The position numbers and the translations under genes were made by a program. From the human T2T-CHM13v2.0 reference genome, Homo sapiens: a DNA stretch of 64,000 bases. Shown in pieces: positions 50,961 through 64,000 of this stretch. A model generated the notes under the pieces. It did not search any database. It was not told the origin of the DNA and saw nothing but the letters and a program-made list of their open reading frames with translations. The DNA lies in NCBI RefSeq assembly GCF_009914755.1, contig NC_060927.1. One strand, 5' to 3'. Within the stretch, counting starts at the first letter, position 1. Each line of letters opens with the position of its first letter.

Positions 50961-52397
50961 TGCCCTAAAATGGATTTGGTTTCTGATGACCAAGGTTGTG
51001 TAAGCAGAAGCTGGAAGACCCTTGAAAAGAGCATTCATTCAAGAAATGAAGCATGAGATAGGATGGAAGGAGGGAAGAAAGACAAGCATATGGCATATCA
51101 GGTCTCTTCCAGTGCTAAAGGTCTGTAATTCCATTATTCCAACAAATATCCAATGAAGCTATTTTAATTTCTAGGAAATTTTAAAGTTGCCTGTCTTCCT
51201 ACACTGAATTTTACATCCATTAAATCTTCAGGATTTAAATGTTATAAACAATAAAAAATAAATACAATGGTGAGAGGACAGGGGATGTATGATGGGAGGT
51301 AGGGAGGGGTAGATGGTGTGGTATGGTGGTTAAGGTTACAGACTTTAGGTGAATGCTCTTAACTTGGGGTCCAAATTCCAATTGCTAGACATATGACCAA
51401 TAATATTGTAGTCTGGCAACTGAGAATAGGGGCTCTTGTTTCTTTACTGTTGTACCCCCAGGCCAAGAACAGCACCTGGCACTACAACAAATATTTGGTG
51501 CATGAATGAATGAATGTTACTGCTATTGGTGTACCCAAATCTGCCTGTTGGCTGTTGTGAAATGACTATAGCTCCAATTCTATCCATACATTCCTAGCAA
51601 TGCCTGAGAAAGGCAGAGAAAATAGAGAAATAATGAGCTTATAAGCATCATCAGCCCATAAATTCTTCATTCCCAGGGAAAGTAAATCAAGCTGTTCTTT
51701 CTCCCTTTGTGTGTCCCTGAGGCTCAGCTCTGATCATTTCTCTTTTTCTTCTAGGCTGCCTATGATACTCATCTGACCTGATTTCTCCTGCACAGTGTTG
51801 CAACTGACGAGTAGCAGACTTGCCCTTGCCTGCATTTGGGGGGATGGCTGAGACTTTCCTTACAGAAAGCCCTACTTTCAGCATGAACACTAACCCAGTT
51901 TATTGGCTCAGGGTGTAGAGAGTTGCCTTGTCACTGGCGAAGTCAGATGCAGCCAGTACCAGAGCTCTGCACTAGCTGTGAACACTAAGGAAGAATAGCT
52001 GAGTGAGGAAGCAGAGTGCCAGGCAGCACATCCTTCTTCAGGTGTTTCCTGCCCTGGGCCAGATCCCAGGCACTGCAGCAATATCTCTGCATGATCTAGG
52101 GCTCCTGGAAATAGCCCATTAAGGGCAAAACTCGCTGCCCAGAAAACATTAGAACATTAAAAGAGCAGGGTCTCATCTGATTGTCTTGGTTTCCTGAGGC
52201 TCATTCAGTCTGTGTCCACTGGTTTCAGTCTGAGTTCTCTGCACTTTGAGGATGCAGACAGTGAAGTTCTCCCATGGTTATAGGGGGAGAGATCATAGGA
52301 ATGCTATGGAAAGAGGCCTGAAGTCAGAGCCAGCTAGTGGTTATTATTTATTAATTGCCTGTGAGGTGCCAGGCGCACATATTAGACCATATGTGAT

Positions 52398-52777
52398 TGC
52401 AGTGAGCCACCCGGATCCCCTTCAAGCTGCTGCTGCAGCTGATGGAAGTCCTATTGGCAGACAGCCTTCTCTCATCAGCCCCTTCAGGACTTGCCTCAGT
52501 TGCAGAGAGCTGCCTTCCCCAAGATCACACCCTTCCCTGGGGACTCACAACCAATGGCTGATCCAGAAGAATCCATAAAGCCCGTATCATTTCAGCCCAA
52601 TTTAGGACAGCTTTGTTGAGCCATTAGACCTACATGCAGCCCAACCTCTCCTTCTACCCACTTCTTCTTTCTTCCCTTTCCTTCCACGGTGTCTGTTCCA
52701 AGCACTTGCCTTAATAAACATGTAACAGGTTAAACTCTGTCTCGATGTCTGCTTCAAGGAGAACCCAACCTGTGACA
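52398..52777 (+). mobile_element. LTR16C-like ERVL solo LTR with perfect 5-bp TSD
   Basis: TG...CA termini, AATAAA, ends GAACCCAACCTGTGACA; TSD GTGAT at 52393-52397 and 52778-52782. Confidence 0.85.
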
Positions 52778-53067
52778 GTGATAACAGATAAAAACAAAGG
52801 ACATCACTTTTCCCTGCCTTACTTTCCATTTACCACTAAAAAGGGTCTTGGACTTGCCCACTCAGTTTCTTCTCTTTCTTCACTCTTTGGAGATGGTCCC
52901 TCCACTACCACAGACACAAAAAAGAAGAGTTGGGAAGAGAGAGGGGTGAAAACATTTGGGGCACTGCAGGCCTAGTGCTAGGTGACTGAAGACTACCTGG
53001 AGGGTGCAGGAAGTGACTGTTTCTCCATCATGTATTGTATTGCTATAGTGACTTAAAAAACAAGTAG

Positions 53068-53357
<290 letters not shown>

Positions 53358-53998
53358 TGATTTGTTTTAAAATTACTTTTCAATTGCTGGACTGTGTTCT
53401 TGGACCATGACATTATTCTTAACTCAGGCTATATGGGCCATGGTTGCAACAGGATTACAATTATAACAACCTTCACATCACGTGTTATTATTCTCATTTT
53501 ATAGGTAAAGAAACTGAGGCACAGAGAGGCTGCATTTTAGGATCCACTTTGCTTCTGTGTGACCTTGAAATATTTATTTAATTTTTTGGACCTTGTGACC
53601 AAAAGATGCCGAACAAGCAAGGAAATGAACTAAATGTTGAAGTGCCTTCCAATTTTAAGATTCCAAATTTTTTATAGAATTAATAATTTTAAAGTATTTT
53701 TCCACATTAATTTTGACATCATGATATGACATTAATAAGGTAATTGCAAAATTAGTTTTATTACCTTAAGGTATACCTAGATTGCATAGTTGGATTATCT
53801 TTAGTCCCCTGTGAAATATGTAATGATGTACTGTTTCCCCAATTTACATTTGGATAAGCCAAGGCTCAGAGAAATCAAGTTATTAGTGTGAAAATATTGC
53901 CACTTAATGTAAGATCCAGGTCACAGACTCAGATTTCCTCCCATCTCTTCTAGTGCTTTTCCTATACTACTACTCGATTCCTTTTGGCCTGAGGTTCT

Positions 53999-54530
53999 TG
54001 TATTGTTATCTATCAATCACTACATAATAAATTACCTTACAACCGAGTTGCTTACAATAACCAACATTTACAATTTCACACACCTTCTAGGGGGTCGAAG
54101 AGAGGCTTAACCTGAGTGGTTCCGACTCCAGGTCTCTCAAGGGGTTATAAGCAGATGTTGTCTGGGGCTGCAGCTGTGAAGGTTTGCCTAGAACTAAAGG
54201 ATCCTCTTTCAAGATGGCATACTCTCTTGGTTGTTGACCGAAGGCCTTTATTTCTCACTGTCCAGAGGAATCTCCATAGGACTGCTCAAGTGTGCTCTCA
54301 ACATGGCAATTGATCTCCCCAAAAATGAGCAATTCAAGAGGAAGAACGAGAAGAAAGCTGTAGTGCCCTTTATGACCTGGCTCAGAATCACACATCAGCA
54401 CTTTCTCCATATTCTATTCATTAGCAATGATTTGCTAAGTCCAACACATATTCAAGAGGAGTAGAATAAAGCTCCAAATCTTGAAAGGAATAATATCAAA
54501 AAATTTCTGAACTGTGTTAAAATGACCACA
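53999..54530 (-). mobile_element. MLT1F-like MaLR LTR
   Basis: TGTATTGTTATCTAT...TTTCAAGATGGC...CCATATTCTATTCATTAG...GACCACA; TSD GTTCT/GCTCT. Confidence 0.75.
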
Positions 54531-54739
54531 GCTCTGCTCTTTGGGTGGCTAAAAATTTCCATATTAAGGGTGGGAAGTGCTTTTCTCCCCCAGGAAATTC
54601 AAGCCAGAAGAGTGAACCAGGCTAGAAAAACTTCACTGCCTAAGAAGTTTATGCAGGTGTCACATTAGATAGCAGTTTACAGGTCTCTTTATTTCTTGGT
54701 TTCTTAAAAAATTCAGACAATACCATAGAAATAATGCAA

Positions 54740-55292
54740 TGGTAGGTGACACCTGCAGTTTTTGCCTTCTTGGGATCCATTCCTTTCTGCCAATTTTACC
54801 TTGGGGAACCTCCATTCACTTCTCTTAATCTATATGGAACTGATTATTTGAATCCACTTCATTCAGTTCCTAAGATGTACATGTGAGCCAGGCCTGACAA
54901 ATGAGCATATTCCATTACCCTGGCCATAGTGGTTAATACTGGGACAGGCATAGAAACTACATGGGTTCAATTAAAGTTGTGTTGGAACTATTGGGAGCAG
55001 TTTTCTTTCTGTAGGGTTTCTTATGTTCCTTCTATCGTATTAGGAGGGTTTGCCTGATAATGAAGTCAGCACAGAGGAGAAATGGCACCAAGAAACGGGG
55101 AAAGGGAAAGAGACAGACAGAGAGAAAAAGACAGAGTGACAGAAAAAGAGTGGGTGTGTCTTGGTGGTATCATTAATCACACCTAGAAAATCTAACATGA
55201 CTCAGGCCTGCTCTATTGCTGGAGTTTTTAAGCCATAAGCCAATAAAATTCCTAATTTGATTATTTTAGTGGCAATAAAAATTCAAATATAC
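54740..55292 (+). mobile_element. MLT1J/K-like MaLR LTR
   Basis: CCCTGGCCATAGTGG...AAGCCAATAAAATTCC...TAGTGGCAA...AATACA. Confidence 0.55.
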
Positions 55293-56655
55293 AATTACAA
55301 GTAATAATATCTCTCTCTTTTTATTATATATTAGGACATGTGCTAAGACCTTAATACCATCTTATTTATTTCTTAACATTTTGAGGGAGATACTATTATT
55401 CTTTTTTAAAGATGAGGTTCACTGAGGGTGAGACACTTGTCATCAATCATCCTTCTAAGGAATAGATAAGTTGGAATGAGAATCAAGTCTTGTGTGACTA
55501 GGAAGCCACTCTCATCACTGTGCCGCCTTGCCCATATTTATTGGGGAATTTTCAAAAACCTACTGATCCAATTATTTAGGTAAGAGTAGTGATTACTACC
55601 AATTACTCAGACCCTGGTCTTCTGCGAAACTTATATGCATTGTCGCACTCAATCCTCACGTTGACTTTAGGATGGAAATATTACCATGCTCATTTCACAG
55701 ATGAGGAACCTGACGGTCAGAATAGTTTTGACCCAGATATATCTGACAAGAGTCCACAAATATTTGCTTGAATTCCAGTCATGATTCAACTAATAGAGTC
55801 TGTGGCTATTTTAGAAAGAACATTGGGATCCAGTTCAAAATGGGTTTTTAAAATATTTCCTATTAGGATAACCAACTTATCTCAGTTTTCCCAGGACCTT
55901 TCCAGTTTTAAAACTGAAAGGTAAGCTGTTCACCCCACCTCCCACAGGCAGTGGCAAATGGAAGGAGACTAGAACATTTGTCCGTTGTTGGCAGATATTT
56001 TAAAAAGGGAATTAGGGGCCAGAGACCGCTTCCCACCCAATCAAGAGAGAGAACAGACCTCCTTTTAGGATTTGGGAAAGGCAAGAAACCCAGAGAAGCC
56101 TGGCTTCCTTAATAGCTCATCTACAGGATACGCTTAAAAGGTTGAACCTGGGGGTGTTCCAGTGATGAAGATGCCCTGAACATCTGTTCCCAAATTTCCT
56201 GCGCCTAGAAGACATGCTTTAGTTAATCAGCACTTTCAGTCCCAGCAGGTGGTGGCCTTTGTCAATACATGAACCTTCTGAAGTGGGAACCTGTCTTTAG
56301 AGTAGCTGTAGGTGATAGACAGGATGCAGATCACAGAGCCAGAAGTCTTAGGTTTGCACCCAGCTCTGTCACTAACTCTTGTGTCACCTCTCGGCCTTGG
56401 TTCCTCTCATCCTTAAAATAGGTTGGGTAGTGAGCCCCTTAGAGTTTTGCAGTGTAAATTAATGAGTTAACATGCATTGATGCTTTGAATGCTGAAAGGT
56501 TTTTGAATACAATGGATTCTGGTAATGATCAATTTTAAAAAGTCTACCTCTTTGAAATCAATACCTCTATAGCTTAGGTTTTCATTTATGTTTTTTTAAT
56601 TATGGACACTTCTGAAGGATTCCATCCATAGACTGCAAATTTACAAATAACTCTG

Positions 56656-57116
56656 TATGGCAGGAAAAATATTATCCCTCACAAATGTCCATGTCCTAAT
56701 CCCTAAAACCTGTGATTATGTTACTTGGCAAAGGAGAATTAAAGTTGCGGATGGAATTAAAGTTGGTAATCAGCTGACGTTAACAAGGGTCCTTAAACGT
56801 GGAAGAGAGAGGTGGAAGAGTCGATGTCAGAGTGATGTGGCGTGAGAGATATGTGACTGACCATTGCTGGCTCTGATGGTGGAGGAAGGGGTCACGGCCA
56901 AGGAACGCAGGCAATCTCTAGAACTGGAAATGGCAAAGAAGTGGAATCTCCTCTACAGCCTACAGAAGAAACATAACTCTGGCGACACCTTAATTTTAGC
57001 TCACTGAAACCCATTGCAGACTTCTGAACTCCAGAAATGTAAGATAATAAATTTGAGTCATTTTTAGTCACCAACTTTGTAATGATTTGTGATAGCAGCA
57101 ACAGAAAACTAATACA
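56656..57116 (+). mobile_element. MLT1D MaLR LTR
   Basis: GTCCATGTCCTAATCCC...GGAATTAAAGTTG...CAGACTTCTGAACTCCAGAA...AGCAGCAACAGAAAACTAATACA; TSD CTCTG/CTCTC. Confidence 0.88.
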
Positions 57117-57350
57117 CTCTCTAATCAAAATAATCCACAAGAAATATATGTAGGATTGTCATGGGAAGTGAAGCAATCACTCATCGGGAGATGGAGTATT
57201 TACTCATGCTTCTCTGAGGAGCCTGGGAATGAGCTGTTTAAGAACGGAAGGCATGATGCTTAATGGATGCATCTCCAGAATCTCTTATAGGCTATTGTGA
57301 TCCATAGGAAGTCAGGAAGACCTCTTTGAAGGTAAAGGTTGATAAAATCT

Positions 57351-57647
57351 GGCTGGGCATGGTGGCTCATCCCTGTAATCCCAGCACTTTGGGAGGCCAA
57401 GGTGGGCAGATCACCTGAGGTCAGGAGTTCGAGACTAGCCAGGCCAACATGGTGAAACCCAGTCTCTACTAAAAATACAAAATTAGCCAGGCGTGGTGGC
57501 AAGTGTCTGTAGTCCCAGCTACTCAGGAGGCTGAGGCAGAAGAATCACTTGAACCCAGGAGGCGGAAGCTGCAGTGAGCCTAGATCATGCCACTGGACTC
57601 CAGCCTGGGTGACAGAGTAAGACTCCGTCTCAAAAATAAATAAATAA
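57351..57647 (+). mobile_element. AluSx-like SINE
   Basis: Full-length; GATCACCTGAGGTCAGGAGTTCGAGAC; outer TSD at 57334-57350 and 57952-57967. Confidence 0.93.
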
Positions 57648-57967
<320 letters not shown>

Positions 57968-59031
57968 TCACCCATTTCACTTCTAACGTATACTTCCAAA
58001 GCCATCTAAACCACTCTTGGCTCCCCTGTCTAGGTTAACTGCGATCAATGTTTGAGAATAAATGACAAAGGCAGCTGGTGTTTCTTGTGAGGTAGTTTGA
58101 AATGTGGCATTTTTCCCATTTTCTCTAAAGGAGAGGAAGTGTAGCAAAATAGCAAAAGGGGTGCAATTTGAAATTCAACTGACCAGGATGAAATTGTGCC
58201 CCCAACACTTACAAGCTGTGTGACCTTGTGCAAGTTACATAGCATCCCCAATAATGTTTTCCCACTGATAAATTTGGGCTGCTTAGAAAACCTCCCTGAA
58301 GATGGAGGGAAATTAAACAAAATAATGAAAGTAAAGGGTTTTTCATGATGCCTGCCTCATGGTAAATTCTCCAGAAATATTAACTATTTTGCTATTGCCC
58401 ACTTCTAATCTGAAGGATTAGAAAAGGAAATTAAGAAGGAAACAATGAAAGCAACCCAGCATGCTAAATGTCCTGTGAGAGAATGGGCACAGCAGGATAG
58501 TAAGAGGCTGACAGTGAAACCCAGAAAATGAAGGGGAGTAGGCAAATACCGACTTCGGTGCTGGCAAATCTTTGCAACGTGGCTGACTCAATCCTTATGA
58601 AAGGGTTGCTCCCTCTGCCATTCTTTCCAGGCATATCAAAACCTGTGTTTAAAAAAGGCCAACTATGTGTTTGTGTGTAGTAAGTAATTATTAAAATTCA
58701 TTTGCAGCCCCGGGTGCTAGTGTTTTACTAATGTCTTCATGCTGCTAAGAGGATTCAAGGGTTCTATCAGGGTGTGCGTAATTTAGTGGGCAGGGCAGGG
58801 GCTTTGGAGTCACACAGACCTCAGTTCATATCTTCACTCTGCTACTTTCCAACTGCCCATCCTCCTGTCCATGAAAGGGAAGTAATGTTACCCACCTTCC
58901 AGAGATCTTTTCAGGATTAAATGTGATACACAGGTGAGGGGCTTGCACATTACCAGGAGTACTTGGCATAGCAGTAGTTATGTATTACTGGTATGAATTA
59001 TTTGGGATAAAAAGGCTTGATTCTAGTACCG

Positions 59032-59117
59032 GCTGTATTACTTAATATGACCTGGGGGAAATCCTAAACCAATTCTGAGGTTGTTCCTCCTCCTGTACAA
59101 ATAGGATAAATGAAAAG
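59032..59117 (+). repeat. Donor copy of an 85-86 bp local duplication (within a MIR)
   Basis: Matches 61204-61288 with 2 substitutions and 1 indel. Confidence 0.95.
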
Positions 59118-61203
59118 TACTACTTTATGAGGCTGTTGTGTGTCAGATTAGGCAATGCTTGGATGTAAAAGTCTTATGTTTTGAGTAAATTGGAATATAA
59201 ATTTTCCTACTTGTACCAAAAGGCCCTGTTGTCCCCATTTCTCTCTCCTAGTACCCTGCCTCACTGGCTGGCACATTCACCACTGACTTGTGTTAAGGTG
59301 GTGAAATTCTAGCACTTAAAGTCTCCTGGATAATGCTTCATGTGGTTGAGCTCCATAGACACAGGTGAGGAAGTGACAGAAGTGCAGGGAGAGGGTAAAG
59401 TGAACAATTGATGTCCTCTTCTGTAACAGGCAGGAGTAAATTTCTGGATTCTAGCAGTAGAGCAGGGGCTACATCAGCACAAGTAACATAAAGGCCTGGA
59501 TACACAAGGAACTACCAGGAATAACTGCCTATGTGTCTGGTACTACATCATTTACTTTCCCCAAATATAACCCCACTTAATCTTCCCAACTAGAAATCAT
59601 TTTCCTCATTTTCTAGCAGAGAAAACTGAGGCCCAGAGAGGTTAAGTAGACTATCTACAATCACACAGAGAGCAAAGAGTAGACCTAGGACGTGTTCTGG
59701 CTCCAAAGTTGATGCTCTTTCCACTCATCTATATTATATTCCTGAAATTCCAGTTTGATTATATCATGACTCTTCTGAGACCCAGGTTAACTCAGACACT
59801 AATAGGATTAAATTCTATAAATAACATGCTTAAACCATTAAACTAGATAAGTTTAGGGAACATATTAAAACTTTTGATGTACTGTAAGCCTTGTAATAAT
59901 CTTAGAATTTCCCACTTGCCAGGTTTCATTGGTTGTAGTGTGCAACCATTGACATTTTCCACATAGCATTTTCTAAGGTATATCCCATAAAATACTATAA
60001 TTATTAATGACAACAAAAACTACAACTGCCACAATTAAACTACAATTAAACTCCACAATCCAAATTTACAGAGGGTTTATCATAAGCTAGGCACTGGTTA
60101 AATGATTTAAATGGACTATCTCATTAAATACTTAAAATGCTCTTTTGAAGTAGATGCTTTTATCTTCATTTTATAAAAGAAAAAAACAAGTCTTGGAGTA
60201 ATTATTCATCTGAGAAAAGTAAGTTACATTCTCAAATATGTTTTGGACCAATTTAATTAAACCAAGTTGAGACTTGGATGTCAGCATGATAGAATAGTTG
60301 GTCTCTTGCTCACATCTCCCACACAGACAACAATCTGGCAGCCATTCACAAGCAAGAGTGCCTTTGTGGGAGCTTTTGGATCTAGGGTAAAGGTTGTGAA
60401 ACCCTGATGAAGCCCCAAACTGAGAAGAGCTGATTTGAGAATGGGGACACGTAACCCTGGTATCAGGCTTGCCAAACATGGTCCTAACAACAGACTGAAA
60501 GCAGTCCCATCCCCTCCATTTGATTGTAGTCCTAAAACCAGTCCCATCTACCAAAGGGCTCTGGAAAAACCATGCCTGTCCATTACCTGTTACAGGGCCA
60601 CTCGTGGCAGACGTAACCACAGATACTGAAGTCGCCCTGTGAGCAGCTCTAGCCTTGCTCTTTGTCCTGCCCACCCAGGGACCTAGAGAAACGCATCTCT
60701 GCCTCTAGTAACAGACTGACTGACTTCAGTTCCAACTGTGAATGCTGAATGCAGCCTTAGCTGTGAACCCTGAAGTGGCCCAAAGACTTGGTTCCAGCCT
60801 TGCTCTACCCAGGTCCCAGGGTCAGTCCTGTCCACACGGGGATTCAGGAGAAACCATGCCCATTTATGACTCCAGTAACAGGCCTACCAACTCAGACCTG
60901 GCAACAGCCCCATGCCCTGGCTCCAGCCCCACTTAAATGTGATCCCAGAAGCAGTTCCACTCGTCTGGGGACCTGGCATAAGAACATTTTTACCTATTAA
61001 AACCATCTGTAAAGATAAGAAGAGATGTTTGCTCCTTGAGATGCATAGACATCAACATAAGGCCACACAGATCATGAAGAATCAGGCAAACATGAAAACA
61101 CAGAAGGAAACTAATAATGCTTCAGTAACTGACACCAAAGAAATGGAGATCTACAAACTGACTGAAAATAATTCAAAATAATTGTTTTAAATGTGTTCAG
61201 CTA

Positions 61204-61288
61204 GCTGTATTACTTAATACGACCTGGGGGAAATCCTAAACCAATTCTGAGGTTGTTCCTCCTTCTGTACAAATAGGATAATGAAAAG
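61204..61288 (+). repeat. Templated insertion copied from 59032-59117
   Basis: Near-identical MIR-derived segment interrupting L1 ORF1. Confidence 0.95.
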
Positions 61289-61950
61289 CGGTACAAGAGA
61301 GCACAGATAAGACTCCACCAAAAAACTGTTGTAACTAATAAGTTAATTCAGTAAAGTTGCAGGATATAAAATCAATATTAAAAAATCAGCTGTTTCTTTA
61401 TACTAACAATTCACTATTGAAAAAAATTAAAAACAACCCCACTTACAATACTATCAAAAACAAAATACTTAGGAATAAATTTAAGGAGGTAAAAGATCTG
61501 TATACTGAATACTGTAAAACACTGATGAGAGAAATTGAACAAGACAAAAATAAATGGAGTGATATCCCATATTCGTGGTTTCGAATAATTAATATAATCA
61601 AAATGTCCACACTACAGAGAGCAAGCTACAGGTTTAAGGCAATCTCTATCAGAATTACAATGGCATTTTTTCACAAAAATAGATAAAATAATTCAGACAC
61701 AGAAAGAAAAATACTGCATAATCTCACTTATATGCAGAATTTTAAAAAGCTAACATCAAAGGAGCAGAGAGTGGAAGAGTGGTTACCAGGGTCTGGGGGA
61801 AAAGGGGACATGGGGAGATGCTGATCAAAGGGTATAAACATTCAATTATAAGATGAATAAATTCTAGAAATCTAATGCTTAGCATGGGTACTGTCATTGA
61901 TAATAATACATTGTATATTTGAAATTTGCTAAGAGAGATCTTAAGTATTA

Positions 61951-61951
<1 letters not shown>

Positions 61952-61985
<34 letters not shown>
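61952..61985. repeat. (CA)17 microsatellite in the L1 3' UTR
   Basis: Seen directly. Confidence 0.97.
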
Positions 61986-61987
<2 letters not shown>

Positions 61988-63935
61988 TGGTAACTATGTG
62001 AGGTGATGAATATGTTAATTATTTAATGGCTTCATTATGGTAATCTCTTCACAATGTATATGTATAACAAAAAATCACATCATATACCTATAGTATATAA
62101 AATTTTCATTTGTTAATCATAACTCAGTAAAGCTAGGATAAAAAATAAGTTGAGCTGGTTGCAGTACTTTTCAGAGCCTTCAATATGATAGTGGACTCTG
62201 TGAATCTCCAAAAAGGGGACACTTATTCAGTGATTGCCAAATGTATCTGACATGGGATGCTTTCTCTACTGGCCATGTCTTTGGGAAATTCTGCCCTTCT
62301 CTGCATGCTAACTTGTCTGTTCTCTCTGATGAAGCAGAGCTCTTGTATTCTGCTTATGTATTGCCTGCCTGATCATCTTTTAACAGGCCATGAAGTTTTT
62401 TCTCTTTCCCCAAACTTCATGTTTGTCGTCTCTAAGAGGGATAGAAGGAAGTGTGAATTGCTTTTTATAGAGAATTGAGTCACTGATAGTTTGTACTTAA
62501 CATACGAGGCAGTGGTTGTCTGTTTTCTTAGGAGACATACAGCTTAGGTCTGAAAAAGGAGATCAGTTATGCTCTCCCTCTTTCAAACCACAGAAGAAAG
62601 AATAGGAAAAATGAATTTGCAAAGGTTGTGAATGTGAATGATGGTCTGGGAATATTTAATCCTTAAGGAAAATTGTGGGCAGGTATGATTTTTAAAAATT
62701 CATTCTCAATTAACTTTAGATGGTACTTATCAAACATTTCTTATACCCAGCATTATGCTAAAGATAGTGTGGAAAATAATAAGGGGTGTTTTTGTTCCCT
62801 GCCCTCAAAGACCTTATGATTGTAAGGGTACATGCAAAAAGTAATGAGGGGAATACGATAATTTAAATCTTCCTATTTTTAGTTTAGATATATTTATAAT
62901 AAATGTAAAAATTAAGAATTACCTGCTTGGAAATCAATTGCCTTTGCCACTTAAAGTCTATTTTCTGAACTTCTAGCCTTAAGGTAATTATGTAAAATCA
63001 ACCTCCTCCTTTTGAAAATCACTCCCAGAACATCATGGAATACAGCAATACAAATTCCATCTCATATCAAATCATCTTCCATTAAATTAAATATATAACT
63101 CCTAAAGTATAATGTATGAAGACAGAAGGCAGATGTAGGAATGGTAAATGACTAAGCAGAGTACAGTAGTCATTTACTCAGGTGTCAGATTGCCCTGAAG
63201 AGCCTCATAAAGGCTCAGGAATTAAAGGAATCTGATTTTTCAGATGGTGGTAGTCAAGTGGTGGCTAAAAATAGGGAGGTATTTTGAAAGTCAGTGGGAG
63301 GAGCAATTGTGCCTGTAGTTCTCTAGACTCCTGCCTTCATGACCCCCTCACAAGATGGAAAGAATGGCCCCTGATAGAATTAAACCACAGAGGCTTTAGA
63401 CTTGGAATCCCAGGGACAAAAGAGGGTAGAGGGGAGGTGTAAATGGAAAATAGAGAGCTAAGTGAAAGCCTGCCTTTTACAATAAGCTTCACAGCCCCAT
63501 ACCTCTGTCTAATTCAAAGCTATTACAAGCAGTCTTATACCCTTAGCCCCACACATAAAACTGAGGATTCCTTATCTGGAGAAACTGAATGACCCCCTAG
63601 AAGGATTTGCTTGGGGGAATCCCAAATGAAATATTCAGCTGGCCATGAAATCTAAAATTAGCCCACCAGATGATAAGTTTCAACCATGCACACAACATTT
63701 CTCTTCACTTTTTTTAGCACTTAACTAAAAAAGAAGGAAAAAGAAAGTCAAGGATCACCACATATTCAAGAGAAGCTGTTAATTTATGAAAGAGAGGGAA
63801 AGATAACAAATATTAGAATAAACAAAGACAATGCAAACAAATAGGACTTAAAAGAAACTTTAAAAAAATCTTCAAATAGATAAGACAGTGCATCTATGAA
63901 ACAAGAAGAAATACCTATAAAAAAGAGAACATTTC

Positions 63936-64000
63936 GGAGGAGGAGCCAAGATGGCCGAATAGGAACAGCTCCGGTCTACAGCTCCCAGTGTGAGCGACGC
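63936..64000 (+). mobile_element. 5' end of a young L1 (L1HS/L1PA2-4-like); continues beyond the window
   Basis: GGAGGAGCCAAGATGGCCGAATAGGAACAGCTCCGGTCTACAGCTCCCAGTGTGAGCGACGC; intact YY1 motif (63948-63957); A-rich upstream target AAAAAGAGAACATTTC. Confidence 0.95.

Larger units (their letters stand above)
60272..62146 (+). mobile_element. Internally deleted L1 (L1M2/L1MA8-like): 5' UTR, ORF1 start, ORF2 piece and 3' UTR, with TSD
   Basis: ORF1-like MKNQANMKTQKETNNASVTDTKEMEIYKL; ORF2-like KEVKDLYTEYCKTLMREIEQDKNKWSDIP; L1MA-type 3' end; AAGTTGAG at 60264-60271 and 62147-62154. Confidence 0.85.

Noticed and set aside
60171-60674. 167-aa antisense ORF in an old L1 5' UTR (ORF0-like idea)
   Set aside because: Non-ATG start, old L1 family, runs out into the flank; no resemblance to ORF0 that I can support.

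Overview
Primate, very probably human, AT-rich and CpG-poor intergenic or intronic DNA. It is dense in interspersed repeats (Alu, L1, L2, MIR, MER DNA transposons, MaLR/ERV LTRs). I found no intact protein-coding gene. The only gene-derived sequences are a disabled processed keratin-8 pseudogene (minus strand, ~23924-25433) and a ~34-nt U2 snRNA 5' fragment (~39352-39385). The window ends in the 5' UTR of a young L1PA/L1HS-type element. The most unusual structure is a set of local templated duplications of 75-145 bp, 0.8-2.2 kb apart; one is a 142-bp inverted repeat at ~94% identity, and several have microhomology or fold-back junctions. Other points of interest are a KRT8 retrocopy with no poly(A) or TSD, a 'mini-L1' that keeps both ends and its TSD, deeply nested repeats, candidate + strand lncRNA exons and several NF-kB/POU/IRF motif clusters. 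Repeat subfamily names come from recalled consensus sequences, and boundaries without a TSD are approximate. I see no evidence for a novel multi-gene system.
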